From Octopus sinensis (lineage: Eukaryota), in assembly GCF_006345805.1 (NCBI RefSeq), contig NC_043014.1, positions 11,346,001-11,410,000 on the forward strand: DNA of 64,000 nucleotides, written 5' to 3'. The stretch's first letter is position 1; every line of letters begins with the position of its first letter. The notes under the pieces were generated by a model. That model was not told the origin of the DNA, ran no database searches, and saw nothing but the letters and a program-made list of their open reading frames with translations. Both the position numbers and the translations under genes were made by a program. This document shows, in pieces, positions 25,987-39,969 of this stretch.

Positions 25987-26999
25987 GATATAGATAGATA
26001 GATATAAGATATATATATATATATACTCAAACTAAATAATACGACTCTTTTATTCTAAGCTTGGATCCTGTTTTTTTTTTTGGGGGGGGTCATCCTTGTG
26101 AGGTCGACAAGAGTATAAGTCAAGTACTGGGGTCGAATTTATCGACCGACCCACCTCCAATAACCATGGCCCATTAATTATTACATAATATAAACAATAT
26201 TCACTTCAATACAGAAACGCTTATTTAATTGAGTGTTTCATAATGCAGTCATCCACAGAATAAGGAGATGAAATGCAGTCAACCGTGTTCTTGACTGTCT
26301 CCTCCGTTTGCCAAAAAAACCCTTTGTTCTTTGTCATATTTTGTTTGGATTGCTTTAGGGTTTTTTTTTTTATTTCACTTGATGCACACGCTACCCAAAC
26401 GGCGTAGTCACCAAGCATTCGACCACGAAACAGCTCGTATTGAATTACATTGGTAGCAACGGAACGTAAAAGCTAATATGTTAACTTGATGTTTATATTC
26501 TGTGTCAGTTAAACACCACATTCTTCCTTGCCTTTCAACCTGAATGTATATACACTACACGAAACGCTGTTAAACACACGTGCGGTGTGTTAAGATTCAG
26601 AATGCATTAAATATAGTGTCATAAAGGCAGAACGTCATCTGTTATTCGTTAAGTGTCGTTATTCGTAAGGACTATGAGTGCGTGTATGTGTTACATTACA
26701 TATCTGTTTCTCTCGAGTGATTCGGCTGTTTTTTAGAATCATTTAATGTAACTGTGTCGAATAGTAATAATGAACACATACACACATACACGTGTATGTA
26801 GGTATGGATGCATGCTTGTATGTGTGTTCCCTTCTGTTTTTAATTATTTGAAGTTTCCCCTGTAAGGAAGGAGATGGTTTCTAATTAAGATACAAAACTT
26901 CTATCGTCGGAATCTAGATAACAAAAAAAGAACAGTGTCACTTTTTGAACTTGCATATTTTCACTGTTCTGATTCTAGAGTGTCAGTTGTAATATGTAA

Positions 27000-27222
27000 A
27001 AGGGGGCGAGCTGGCAGAGACGTTAGCATGCCGGGCGAAATGCTTTGCGGTATTTCGTCTGCCGCTACGTTCTGAGTTCAAATTCCACCGAGGTTGACTT
27101 TGTCTTTCATCCTTTCGGGGTCGATAAATTAAGTACCAGTTACGCACTGGGATCGATATAATCGACTTAATCCGTTTGTTTGTTCCCTCTGTGTGTAGCC
27201 CCTTGTGGACAGTAAAGAAATA
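27000..27222 (+). mobile_element. SINE family C with 12-bp TSD
   Basis: Matches 23806-24036; TSD AGTTGTAATATG at 26985-26996 and 27223-27234. Confidence 0.9.
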
Positions 27223-27349
27223 AGTTGTAATATGCGAATTGACTGGTTAATTTCTTTTTATGAAAACCCTGGTTTTTCCCAGGCTGTTACTTACGCATTT
27301 ACTAACAAAATGAAATGCACCAAATATAATTCACATCTGTACCAATAAT

Positions 27350-27427
27350 AATTTATTATTGGTATAAATGTGAATTTATAATCTGGATATACAAGGTGAA
27401 CATTTCGATAGAGTTCTCCATAGTTGT
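27350..27427 (-). pseudogene. Short RLE-domain fragment, same family as 12900-13203
   Basis: YNYGELYRNVHLVYPDYKFTFIPII aligns with DVYGQLLRNLQLLYSDYEFIFIPII. Confidence 0.7.
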
Positions 27428-27689
27428 AAAAGGAACAAAATATAAAAGTTACATACAAACACACGCAGATATACGGACACATACATACATACGTACATAC
27501 ATACATACGTACATACATACATACATACATACATACATACATACATACATACATACATACATACATACATACATACATACATACTCTGTTGATGTTGTTG
27601 AAATGCCATTGAACCTTGGATCTAGGTGAGAAACCATTGCCTTCTCTGTCGTCGTGAAATCTTGAAATAAAACTAAATAACGACAATCT

Positions 27690-28029
27690 GAGACCCCCTT
27701 CGGTCACGACACAGACCATGGGATTGCACCTAGAAAGTTACCCTCTCCAGGCACAAGTCCGGGCAAGGTTGTTTATGGAAGACTAGCAGTCACCCATGCA
27801 TACCGGCCTCTTCTCTCCACGACACCAGTGTTATCCAAGGCAAAGGCAAAGGGGCCGATACAGCTTGGCACCTGTGACATCGCAACTCAGTTCTACAGCT
27901 GAGTCAACTTGAGTAACGTGAAATAAAATGTCTTGCTCAAGAGCACAACACGAAGCCCAGTCCGAGATTCGAGCTCACAACCTTACGATCGTAAGCTCGA
28001 CACTCTAACCACTGAGCCATGCGCCTTCA
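27690..28029 (-). mobile_element. SINE family B, full length
   Basis: Reverse complement of 11318-11645, with an intact head GTGAAGGCGCATGGCTCAGTGGTTAGAG. Confidence 0.88.
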
Positions 28030-29484
28030 CTCATACGTACATACATACATACATACATACATACATACATACATACATACATACATACATACATTCATAC
28101 ATACATACATACATACATACATACATACATACATACATAAATACATACATACATACATACATGGTGGCTGCCCCCTCGTTATCGAGTATGACCATTGCAC
28201 GAAGCTTAATCAATGTTGTTATCGTGTAATGCCTCTGCAAGAAGATTTGTTTTTAAAGTGAGGAAAGGCTGTGCACTGAGTCAATCCCACTCACTAAGCA
28301 ACAACAGCCATAATCCGAAAAGAAGAGCAAGTCAACATCATCGGCAGGTTTTATGTCGGAGTTATCCCAGTTACCTGAAGGATGCCCTAACAAAGGCTAG
28401 GAGTCCTTCACTCCCAATGGTTTAACCGCGCGATCGGGTATTCAGTCCGATTATTTCTATGTCCCCGCGCATGATACAGCCTTAAGGCATTTATTTGATG
28501 GCCGTTGACTCTCAAGAGTTCCTCCGCCCTTTGACGGGTTTTGTTTTTCATCCCGCAGGGTATCCAATAAACACCCTCTTCTCCAAGCAAGCTTGGTGGG
28601 GTTGCCGGTTTAGTCACCGACGACCCGACCATGCAACAGGTTGTACATACATACATACATACGTACATACATACATACATACATACATACATACATACAT
28701 ACATACATACATACATACATACATACATACATACATACTCTGCTGATGTTGTTGAAATGCCAATGAGCCTTGGATCTAGGTGAGAAACCACCGCTTTCTC
28801 TATCGTCATGACATCTTGAAATAAAACTAAATAACGACATACATACATGACTGCCTCATTATGTCAGATGACACCCTTCTCGCATTATAGTGAGACATCT
28901 GTACGTCATTAGATTTCAGTGACAATAGCTTGTACATCAAATTTGCTCTTCTTTCGGTCGCCATTGTAGATCCCAGTGACGAGCATTGCAAGATGGCTGC
29001 TACCATTTTTGACTGCGATTTTTATGTCAGGGTATGTTTCTCCTAAAAGAGGTGCCTTCCCAACGGCCTTGATAAAGATGACGGGAGTCTCCTCTATCCG
29101 AAGGAAATCTATTGAACCCTCATGGGTACTACCGTTCCGGATCAGAAGGATCCTGGGTGTAATGATAATTAAGGGGTGACGCTGCACTGACCGCAACCCC
29201 AGAATTCCCAAATGGGTACCTCACCACCGGTTGTAGTTTAATGTCATACGCAGAACATTCATAATACATACATACATGCACGTATGCAGGCATAAATACA
29301 TACACACACGTTGGGCAAGTCTCTTCAACTATAGCCTCGGGCCGACCAAAGCCTTGTGAGTGGATTTGGTAGACGGAAACTGAAAGAAGCCCGTCGTATA
29401 TATATATATATATATATATATAGATATATATATATATATAAATATATAATATATATATATATATATATCTATATATATATAATA

Positions 29485-29530
<46 letters not shown>

Positions 29531-29781
29531 TATATATATATATTATATATACTGTTATCTCCTTGTCCTATCTTTTCTGTTTATATTTTTGTACTGTCGT
29601 ACTGTCCTTTTTCGTTACATTTTTACCCCTCCGCAAAAAAATCTCAAATTTTATTTTATTTGCTTTTCGCGGGAAGGAATGTTTCAGTCGTACATATATG
29701 TATATATATATGCATATGTTTTATTTATTAATTTGTTATTATATGACGGAACGCACGCATCCATTTCTAAGTAAGTTTGTT

Positions 29782-29822
<41 letters not shown>

Positions 29823-30039
29823 TGTGTGTGTGTGTGTTTGTCCCCCCCCCACATACACTCATCGCTTATTTATCTATATATGTATAAATGTATGTATGTA
29901 TAATAATAATAGTAATATAATTAAAAAATGTATATAGTTATTTACTTCTATTTGTTTATTTATCTGTGACAGAATATTTTATTTTATTATGTTTTCAGTT
30001 TTGTTTATATTGTAACCAGTTTATGGGGATCTTCTGTCA

Positions 30040-30225
30040 TATGCTGTGGTGTGTGCTAGTGTTCCATTCCAGTTTCCTATTCAGGCTAGGTTTATCTTCT
30101 ATTATGTGTGTAGCTTTCGTAATTTGTCTGATTGTTGCGTCTGTTCTATGTGTGGACAAGATTTTAACTTCTATGTTGTTGATTGATGCGGTCACAGGAG
30201 TGTGACGAAAGAACTCTGGCCGAAA
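30040..30225 (-). pseudogene. Penelope-like element GIY-YIG endonuclease, C-terminal fragment
   Basis: INNIEVKILSTHRTDATIRQITKATHIIEDKPSLNRK matches the KIL......R.I.EA.HI....PSLNR terminus typical of PLE GIY-YIG domains. Confidence 0.72.
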
Positions 30226-30364
30226 TAAGATTAAGATTAATGTAAAAAATAAATAACGCTGAAGCAAAGTAACACCAAATATATAGTGGCGTGTTTTTTA
30301 TTGGCTAAACTGGCGAATGACCATTCCTAAATACAACAATATATATATATATATATTGATTATG

Positions 30365-30918
30365 GCAATGTATGTATGTATGTATTATGTATGTATGTAT
30401 TATGTATTTATGTATGTATGTATGTATGTTATGTATGTATGTCTGTATGTATGTATGTATGTATATATGTATGTATATTGTATGTATTATGTATGTATGT
30501 ATAATATATGTATGGGTATGTATATATGTATGTATGTATGTCTATATGTATGTATGTATGTAGGTATGGTAATGTATGTATTGTATGTATTCTGTATGTA
30601 TGTATGTATGTATGTATGTATGTATGTATGTATGTATATATGTATGTAATATGTATGTATTTATGTATGTATGTATATGTATGTATGTATAATGTATATA
30701 TGTATATATGTCGGTATGTATGTATGTACTATGTATTATGTATGTATGTATGTATATATGTATGTATGTATGTATGTATATATGTATGTATTATGTGTAT
30801 GTATTATGTATGTATGTATGTATGTATATATGTATGTATTATGTATGTATATATGATGTATTTATGTATGTATGTATGTATGTATGTATGTATGTATATG
30901 TATGTATGTATGTATATG
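30365..30918. repeat. Long degenerate (ATGT)n tract
   Basis: Direct inspection. Confidence 0.9.
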
Positions 30919-31344
30919 TTGGTGTGGGTGTTGTTCCCCAGTAGTAGTAGTAGTATTTGAAAAACACACGTACGGATATATATAATATATATATATATAG
31001 TATATATATAGATATATATATATATTATAGAGAGAGAGGAGAGAGGGCGAGAGGAGAGAGGAGAGAGGTGGGTTGTCAGGCCCATAACAACCACAAGCGT
31101 GTGTCTGTGCGCGCTCTTGTTCGTTGAGAGTGCAAGTGAAAGAAGAAAAGTGAGGTGAAGCAAGAATGAAATATCTCTTTAAACTCCTTCTTACCGTCTC
31201 TGGTTGTTCGTTCAATGAGAATCTCTAAATCACATACTTCCTAATCCTCTCTCTCTCTCTTTCTTTTCCCATCTTCCCTTTCTTCCTCGCTCATCCTATC
31301 TCACAGTCTCTGGCCCCACCACCTCCATCACCACCACCACCACC

Positions 31345-31500
31345 CCACCACCAACAACCTCACCGACTAGACCACCACCACCACCACCACCAACCTCACC
31401 GACTAGACCACCACACCACCACCACCAACCTCACCGACTAGACCACCACCACCACCACCAACCTCACCGACTAGACCACCACCACCACCACCACCACCAC
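31345..31500. repeat. Minisatellite: 4 x CAACCTCACCGACTAGA in (CCA)n spacers
   Basis: The core occurs four times between ~31355 and ~31475, separated by variable (CCA)n spacers. Confidence 0.85.
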
Positions 31501-32316
31501 CGCCACCGCCACCTTTCCTCTTTCAACTTTTATTTCTTCTCTTCCTTTCTCACTAACCACGTTCAACCCACATCCCTTCACTGCCCCCATTCTCCTCACC
31601 CACCTCACCACCCCCAAAGCCCACCCCACTACCACCCCAAAGCCCACCCAGCCACCCACCACCAGCCACCACCATTTTTCCTCCCTTCTCGGCTTAAGCA
31701 GTAATATAATATTAGACCTGAAAGCTACACCAAAATGCAAGACGAGTTTACAAGAAAGCATATCAGAATCAAAGTGTCAGAATTGAGGCGTGGCAGGTAC
31801 TTGGAAAGGGAGAGGATACGGTAATTGATCCCAGGTTCACGAAACAATAAATTCCTTCCATTTTTGCGAAGATTTTGACACTAGCCATCATTAAGTCGGC
31901 TCATAGTACAAATATATGGCTCCTCTATTCGTTGATGAGGTTCAATTTCACAAGATCCTCGACTGATGTTTTCCCATACACAACTGAATCTTGGTTTGTT
32001 ATTTATACGTATTTACTAACGTGGGGATTTTTTAAATTTTTTAATGTCAGTGTACATATTTGAATGCATGTGGTTGTGTTGAATTCTGTTATACATGTAT
32101 GCATACATGCACGTACGCATGCATAAATACATACACACATACATATACATACATACATACATACATACATACATACATACATACATAAATACATACATAC
32201 ATATTGCATGCATACATACATACATACACAAACACGTATATATATACATATATGCATGCATACGTACATATATACACACATAGAGACATACATATATGCA
32301 CGCACAAACATATATA

Positions 32317-32495
32317 GGTGCAGGAGTGGCTGCGTGGTAAGTAACTTGCTTACTAACCACATGGTTCCGGGTTCATTCCCACTGCGTGGCACCTTGTACA
32401 AGTGTCTTCTACTATAGTCTCAGGCCGACCAAAGCCTTCTGAGAGGATTTGGTAGACAGAAACTGAAAGAAGCCCGTCGTATATACGTATATATA

Positions 32496-32537
<42 letters not shown>

Positions 32538-32541
32538 TAGC

Positions 32542-32603
<62 letters not shown>

Positions 32604-32755
32604 TGTGGTGTATATGTTTGTGTCTGTATTTGTCCCATCAACATCGCTTGACAGCCGATATTGGTGTGTTTACGTCCCCGTAACTTAGCGGTTCGGCAAA
32701 AGAGAACGATAGAATAAGTACTCAGCTTACAAAGAATAAGTCCTGGGGTCGATTT
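32317..32755 (+). mobile_element. SINE family A with internal (TA)n(TAGA)n expansion
   Basis: Head GGTGCAGGAGTGGCTGCGTGGTAAG; internal microsatellite at 32480-32603. Confidence 0.88.
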
Positions 32756-33753
32756 GCGTATGCATATATCATTGCGTGTATGCCTTCGTATTTGTACTAT
32801 GTTTGTCCCCCACCAACGGCGGACAACTGGTGTTGGTTAGTTTACGTTCCCGTAAGTTAGTGGTTCTGCAAAACAAAACCGATAGAAATAGGTACCCTTT
32901 TTGTTTTTTAATTAAATACTAGGGTTGATTTGTTCAACTAAACCCTTCAAGGTGTTGCCCCAGCTTGGTCGCAGTCCAATGACTGAAACAAGTAAAAGAG
33001 GAAAAGATAAAAAAAAGGTTAAAAAAATATTCTGCGGGGAGTCTTTCATGAGTGTATAATCTAAGCTAAAGACCTGCGAAACCAGATAAGAACGATAAAC
33101 GGACTCGTTTCTATTACGCTTGGGTGACAAGGCAGCCGGTTATTACGATGAAATAGAGAGAATTAAAATTACAAGAGGAAGCAGAAGATAAGAATAAGTA
33201 TGAAACACCAGCAAAAACAATGTAATTGCATCTAAATTAAGTTCTAGTTCTGAGATTATTCATTGGAGCAACGGGCTGGACAACGTATTAATGGCTTTAG
33301 CAGTTCTCGTGGACAATATCAAAATATTGTGCAGTTAGGTCGTGCAGAATGTCCACAGTACTTATATATGCATAAAAAGAAAATTTTAAGTTTTATATAT
33401 ATATTATATACTATATTAATTATATTTATATTATTTGTTACTTATGTATTGGTTTATGTCTATCACTGATTGAGTTGCCTAATAGTGGTTTTATCTCTTA
33501 TTCATATTTCATATATTTATACTGGGAAATTTGATTTAATCCTAAACCTAATTTTTCCCTGTAAATTTGGAGCCATACTCCCTAATATTATGTATATATA
33601 TATATAAAGTTAATCCAAACAAGAAAACAAAAAAACACAACAACGCAAGGACGTGGAACAAATAAAGTATTACTGGATACTCAGGAAAGTATAAGTATAT
33701 ATACATACATACACACACACACCCACAACACACACACCACACACAACACACAC

Positions 33754-33785
<32 letters not shown>

Positions 33786-34011
33786 AGAGTGTGGTTGTTA
33801 TTCTATCGTTTCTCCTTCGAGCCGCTAAGTTACGTGGATGTAAACAAAACAACACGGATTGTCAACCTGCGAGTGAGTAGGACAAGCACTGGCACAATAC
33901 ACGCAACAACAAAGCTTGGTATGCATGTATGTATGTATATATATATATGTGTGTGGTGTGATTGTGTGTGTATACACATACGCACACTCATAGCAATGTA
34001 TGTAAGTGTGT

Positions 34012-34047
<36 letters not shown>

Positions 34048-34390
34048 CTTATAAACTTACTCTTATACATATAAACGTACTGTTCACTAAAGTCTGGATG
34101 CGTGGCGTTCAGTTACTCAATAAATTAAAAATGCATTAAATACTACAAAATGTATACGTAGGACAAGCACAGAAGAGCTGTAATTCATCATCAGTTATCG
34201 ACTCAAAATACTAATACACAGTTTCGTGCCTTTACGAAACTGAGTATAAGCATTTTTCAGTCGATAACTGATGAAGAATTAGGGTCCTTTTGTGCTTTTC
34301 CTACGTATACATTTTGTAGTATCTAATGCATCTTTCATTTATATATATTCATTTATATATATTCATTTATATAATAATAATAATAATAAT

Positions 34391-34461
<71 letters not shown>

Positions 34462-35233
34462 GGGTAAAATTAATTAATCAGTTAATAATTAGTAATTTTA
34501 CCAAGTAGTTCCGTATGTTAAAAGAACCATTATCGGTAAACTTATACAAAAATTCTATAATTATAGAATTTATATATATATATATATATATATCCTCTAA
34601 GTTATTTCATCTTCTAAAAGCAATTTCACTGTAGTTTGTCGGGTGGAAAAAATTTCACCTAAAGAGAAAAAGAAAGAGTTAAAACACTTTATCTGCTAAG
34701 TGTCGTCTTCTGCCGAACTCCAGGATGCATTACTGGCTCCTCAGCATTCCTCAGTCGGAGATACCGAAGAGTGATAACCCTGGGCATATTAGAAAACCGT
34801 AGCTTTATAAGTGAACAGCCAGGATTATTGTATTAGATACGCTATACGCTTTGGTGATCTTTGCCACGTAAGGAACAGAGAAACCGTTTAGAAGACATTT
34901 TGTTTAGGCTTTGCCTTATCACACCTTTAAATTACTGATCTTTCACTCACACATCAGCCTTCTCTCGCTACATATATATATGCACATATACCTGTGTGTG
35001 TGTGTGTGTATGTGTGTGTGAGACGTCAGTGAATCATAAATCCGAAAGAGAAGTGCATTATAAGTTATAGAGCAGTAGAGTATTTAGATAAAGATAATTA
35101 TGGCTGGTTCATAGGGTTACCCAGGGTTTCACGTTCAGAATGCGCAGAGCTTTACAACGTCTCATCGGACGGTGGCCTAGATATAGGCCACCAGGAAACC
35201 CTATAAACCGGCCATATTAACTTTATCTAAATA

Positions 35234-35619
35234 CTAGCAGTATCCCCCCGCGTAGCTCGGGTTTGTTTCGACCCTTTAGAAATGGAATTTTTGAAAAGTA
35301 AAAATGTTGCATTATGTAGCTTGTTATTCTCTTTAAGTGAATATTTTTCTTGTTGAAATACACCGAAAAATGGAGACACAGCAGTCAAAAAATCGTAAAA
35401 AATAGGGATTTTCATACGAAAAAAAAAGCACCTTTTTTATGTAAATAATTTTTGGTGTTAACATGGTCCGATTTGAATTTTTTCTTCTACGGAAGGAAGA
35501 ACAAGCCTTCTTCTATCATACTCTCAATTTTGGTCAACTTGCGCTGCAGGGTCTCGGAGGAGATAGTGTTATTTGAAGGCTGCCATACACAGACAACTTC
35601 AGCTTTATTTGTATAGAGA
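35234..35619 (-). mobile_element. Non-autonomous Helitron
   Basis: Minus strand reads A|TCTCTATAC... at the 5' end, with a subterminal hairpin CCCGAGCTACGCGGG and a CTAG|T 3' end. No TSD. Confidence 0.8.
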
Positions 35620-36932
35620 TGTGCGTGTATGTGTGTGTAAGTGTGCGATCGTGTGTGCGTGTGTGTGTTGTGTTTGTGCATGTGTGCGTGTGTGTGCGTG
35701 CCTGCGTGCGTGTGTGTGTTGTGTTTGTCCGTATGTGTGTGAGCGTGTTTGTGTGTGTACGAGAGAGAAACAAGGTGCAGGCAGGACTGTGTGGATAACA
35801 TGCTCACTTTGCAAAGATGCAGTTTCAGTTTCGGTCCCATGTGTAGAACCTTCAATTTTTCTCTTAAATATATATATTTATATTGAGGGCATTACTATAC
35901 ATAAATGCCGATACATAAATACCGATAGAATAAGTACTAGAATTTTAAAAAAAAATTACAGGGTTGATCTGTCCGACTAAAGACAGTGTCCCATCATGGG
36001 CGTAGTCCAATCAATAGAACAAGTAAAAGAAAGTAGAATGGTACAATAGTTAATTGTTATATATGGACATACAGTTAAGTAAATAGAAAGACCATACACA
36101 CTATGAAAGAACAGAAAAATCATAGGTCTATATGTACCAAAGAACGGTCTGTGGGTTAAGGAATTGGGTAGTAGTTTAGAATAATATATTTAGCTCGGTT
36201 TATGCCATGCTGCCGAGTTCAAAGAAGAATGAAATGGCGCTATGCTTGATTTCTTATCTTTATCTTTTATTTGTCCCTTGTTTCAGGCGTTACACTGCGG
36301 CCGTGCATGGGCAACGCCTTGGTGAATTTTAGTCGAACGAATCGACCCCAGTACCTTTTTTTAAGCCTGATACTTATTTTATCAGTTTCTTTTGTCGAAC
36401 CGCTAGGTTACGGGGATGTTAACACACCAACACTGTTTGTCAAGCGGAGAGGGTGCTTCTTTCAATTTTGTCTACGAAATCCACGAACAACGCTTTGGTC
36501 GGCTCTAGGCTGTAGCAGAAGACGCATACATAAGGCGCCGCTTGACAACCGGTGTTGGTTTTTAACTTAACAGTTCGGCAAAAGACAATTGATAGAATAA
36601 GTACCACACTAAAAAAAGAAAATTAAGTAAACAACATAATTGCTGAAGTCGATTTTTCCGACTAGACCCTTCAAAGAGCTGCTCTAGCAAGACCGCTATT
36701 TATTGACTGAAAGATAATAAAAGGCAGAAACCGGAACCATGTGGTTGGGAAGCGAGCGTCTTACGCCGCAGCCACGCGTGGAGAAGAATTTTAAAGAGCA
36801 TATTAAGGAATAAGAAGCTGAATATTCTTTTATTCCTTTATTTGTTTCAGTCATTTGACTGCGGCCATGCTGGAGCACTGCCTTTTAGTCGAACAAATCG
36901 AGCACGGACTTATTTTTTGTAACTTTATTTAC

Positions 36933-37101
36933 AGTGGCTGTGTGGTAAGTAGCTTGTTTACCAGCCACATGGTTCCGGGTTCAGTCCCACTGCGTGGCAC
37001 CTTGGGCAAGTGTCTTCTACTATAGCCTCGGGTCGACCAAAGCCTTGTGAGTGTATTTGGTAGTCGGAAACTGAAAGAAGCCCGTCGTATATATGTATAT
37101 G

Positions 37102-37136
<35 letters not shown>

Positions 37137-37340
37137 TTGTGCCCCTCGCCCCAACATCGCTTGACAACCGTAACTTAGCGTCCCCGTAACTTAGCGGTTT
37201 TGCAAAAAGAGACCAATAGAATAAGTACTAGGCTTACAAAGAATAAGTCTTGGGATCGATTTGCTCGACTAAAGGCGGTGCTCCAGCATGGCCACAGTCA
37301 AATGACTGAAACAAGTAAAAGAGTAATAAGAGTAAAGAGT
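36933..37340 (+). mobile_element. SINE family A, near full length
   Basis: Consensus head and tail. Confidence 0.88.
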
Positions 37341-37386
37341 ATTATTTACAATTGACGGATATTCGTCCTCGTCTTGTTTGTTGTCA

Positions 37387-37430
37387 ACACAACGTTTCGG
37401 CTGATATACCCTCCAGCGTTCTTCAGGTGT
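37387..37430 (-). ncRNA. Minimal type I hammerhead ribozyme motif
   Basis: Minus strand: acac CUGAAGA ac GCUG gagggtatat CAGC c GAAAC GUU gugu. The core is canonical, with stem I acac/gugu, stem II GCUG/CAGC and a palindromic AACGUU stem III. Confidence 0.65.
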
Positions 37431-37469
37431 GTTGGGGAAATTTCTTAGTTATAGGACTGTATTATTTTT

Positions 37470-37780
37470 CTAACCTTAGTACTTGTTCTATCGGTCTCTT
37501 ATTGCTGAACCGCTAAGTGACGGGGAGGTAAACACACCGACATCGGTTGTCAAGCGATAGTAGGGGGATGAACACAGGCACACAAACATATACATGAATA
37601 TATATACGACGGCTTTTTTTCAGTTTCCGTCTACCAACTCCACTCACAAGGCTTTGGTCTGTTCGAGGCTATGGCTATAGTAGAAGACACTGGCCCAAGG
37701 TGCAACGCAGTGGGACGGGACTGAAACCGGCACCATGTGGTTTGTTAGCAAGCTACTTACCACACAGCCACTCCTGCGCC
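37470..37780 (-). mobile_element. SINE family A, tail-truncated
   Basis: Ends at cagccactcctgcgcc. Confidence 0.85.
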
Positions 37781-37864
37781 TATGTATATTTCTGTGTATT
37801 TTCTTGCTCTTCGATTAAAAATTTAATCAAACTTCTAATCTCGCCAAGATTGATTAATAAATTA

Positions 37865-38259
37865 CTAGCAGTATCGTCCGGCGTTGCTCGGGTTTGTAAG
37901 GGAAATAACTATATAAGCATTTTTAGAGATGTAAAGTATAATAGCCATCTCAATATGGCTAACCACAAAGGGGGGTGTTACTCTAGCTTTTTACGTTCTG
38001 AGATTTAATAATAAATTTTTAGAGAGTTACTTCTCTTATATATGCCAAAAATGCATTAAAAATGGGAAAAATTGATGGTAATTTTTTTTTTTAATCGTAG
38101 ACTCATCGTAGACGCGCGCTAATACCCAGCAGGGCTCGATATGAATCACGACTATAAGATACCCGGTTTTGGTTAAACTGCACCGCAAAATGTGGGAGTA
38201 GTTAGGAATCTAAATCGTAGGAGACAGACAGCACATAACCTTACTTTTATATATAAAGA
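37865..38259 (-). mobile_element. Non-autonomous Helitron
   Basis: A|TCTTTATATATAAAAG 5' end, subterminal CCCGAGCAACGCCGG and CTAG|T 3' end; same family as 41889-42388. Confidence 0.85.
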
Positions 38260-38759
38260 TTATCTCCCTTACAATAACTGGCCACCAGGGCACACCACAT
38301 GTTTGATGGATGTGTGAATGCGACCTAACACGTCAGGGTTGTAGAAGAACAACTTTAATTCACGTATTTCTTTACCCTGAGGTGTTGCTGGGAAAGATTT
38401 TATCATGCCAGAAACTGATGTGTTGACGAGGAGTTGTAGAGATAAGAAAAATACTTTAATACAAAGAAAACCCTTATTATTAATGAATTACATGGATCTT
38501 GTATATTTGGTGCTGATAAAGGTTAGGGAGATAAATCCTAATGTAACCCACTTAACATGAGTGTCACGGTAGGTAACAGAGTGGAGAATTAAGCAGGAAG
38601 TAAGGGCGAGAGGGTTTATAAAAAAGAATATGAACGAACGAAACAATATGTTTGTCTACTGAAAGAAATGCTAACGTCGGAAAGTAAGGTAAGTGCAACA
38701 CATATGAATATGTGCGTGTGTGTGTGTAAGTGTGTGTGTGTGTGTAAGTGTGTGTGTGT

Positions 38760-38829
<70 letters not shown>

Positions 38830-39292
38830 GAAATCTGGGCAAGAAGAATATGGCAAGGCTCTTATTGTATAACAAATGTTTGTAGCAAAGTGAGAGAAAT
38901 GGTATAAGAATGTCATACAAATATATATATATTTTTTTTTTATTTGAGAACAAAAATTCCGGCATCACAGGGGTTCAAATTATTCTCAATGAGGAAATAT
39001 ATATGTTACTTAGAGATAGTAGTCCCCTTTATCACACCATATAAAAGAATTTTAATTTAATACTTACTACTCATTTCTCTGCTACACCTATTTCTTGGGG
39101 TTCTTTTACGGTTCCTTAAGCACGCAGTGTTTTACAGGAACCTTTCTTAGAATGTAACCCCAATCATCAGGCCTCTAAATAACTTTCTCATAGTTCGATA
39201 CCAATTTTAATTTTAACAGATAAGTAGGCGTATGTGTAAATAGATCCGGAGCATATTGAACTTATTTTGTCCATGAGTTTTGGTCCACCCTG

Positions 39293-39389
<97 letters not shown>

Positions 39390-39654
39390 AGAAATTAAAT
39401 ATAAAATATAAATTACAAAGTGGGACAAGAACGCAAAAACACACAAAAAAACCGACGGGTCACTCGAAGCCTCTAATCTTCAGTCGGGAACCGGATCATC
39501 TTAGCAATTTCGGCTGTTTAATCTCGATATCGCTCCGAACCGGCCAGCCCCAAGGAAAAACAAAGCCACAGACATTAGATTTCTTGAAAAGAGGATAGAA
39601 TGTATACGAAACAAAGACATATATATATATATATATATAATATATATATATATA

Positions 39655-39969
39655 TCACCGTAGTGATCACCGTAACCGACCAGGCTATCAGATGTTGCTA
39701 CATATCGCTGGTCACAATGCGCTTCGCATTGCTTTAGTCTTCAAATGACGCGACCCCGCTGGCTAAGCGAGCAGGCCAACAGAAGAAAGAGTGAGAGAAG
39801 GTTGTGGCGAAAGAGTACAGCAGGGATCGCCACCACCCACTGCCGAAGCCTCGTGGAGCTTTAGGTGTTTTCGCTCAATAAACACTCACAACGCCCGGTC
39901 TGGGAATCGAAACCATGATCCAACAACCGCGAGTCCGCTGCACTAGCCACTGGGCCATTGCGCCTCCAC
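39655..39969 (-). mobile_element. SINE family E (3' module 3)
   Basis: Family E head on the minus strand, then a third unrelated 3' part (ggcctgctcgcttagccagcggg...cggtgat). Confidence 0.87.

Noticed and set aside
31345-31500. Constant 17-bp core with variable spacers
   Set aside because: The spacers are only (CCA)n length variants, so this is an ordinary minisatellite.
31715-31990. Coding-looking fragments (RPESYTKMQDEFTRKHIRIKVSELRRGR)
   Set aside because: Short, with stops in all frames nearby and no motif recognised.
38273-38512. Minus-strand open stretch (…SGMIKSFPATPQGKEIRELKLFFYNPDVLGRIH…) considered as an exon
   Set aside because: No recognisable homology, and I could not establish a continuous frame between the candidate splice sites.
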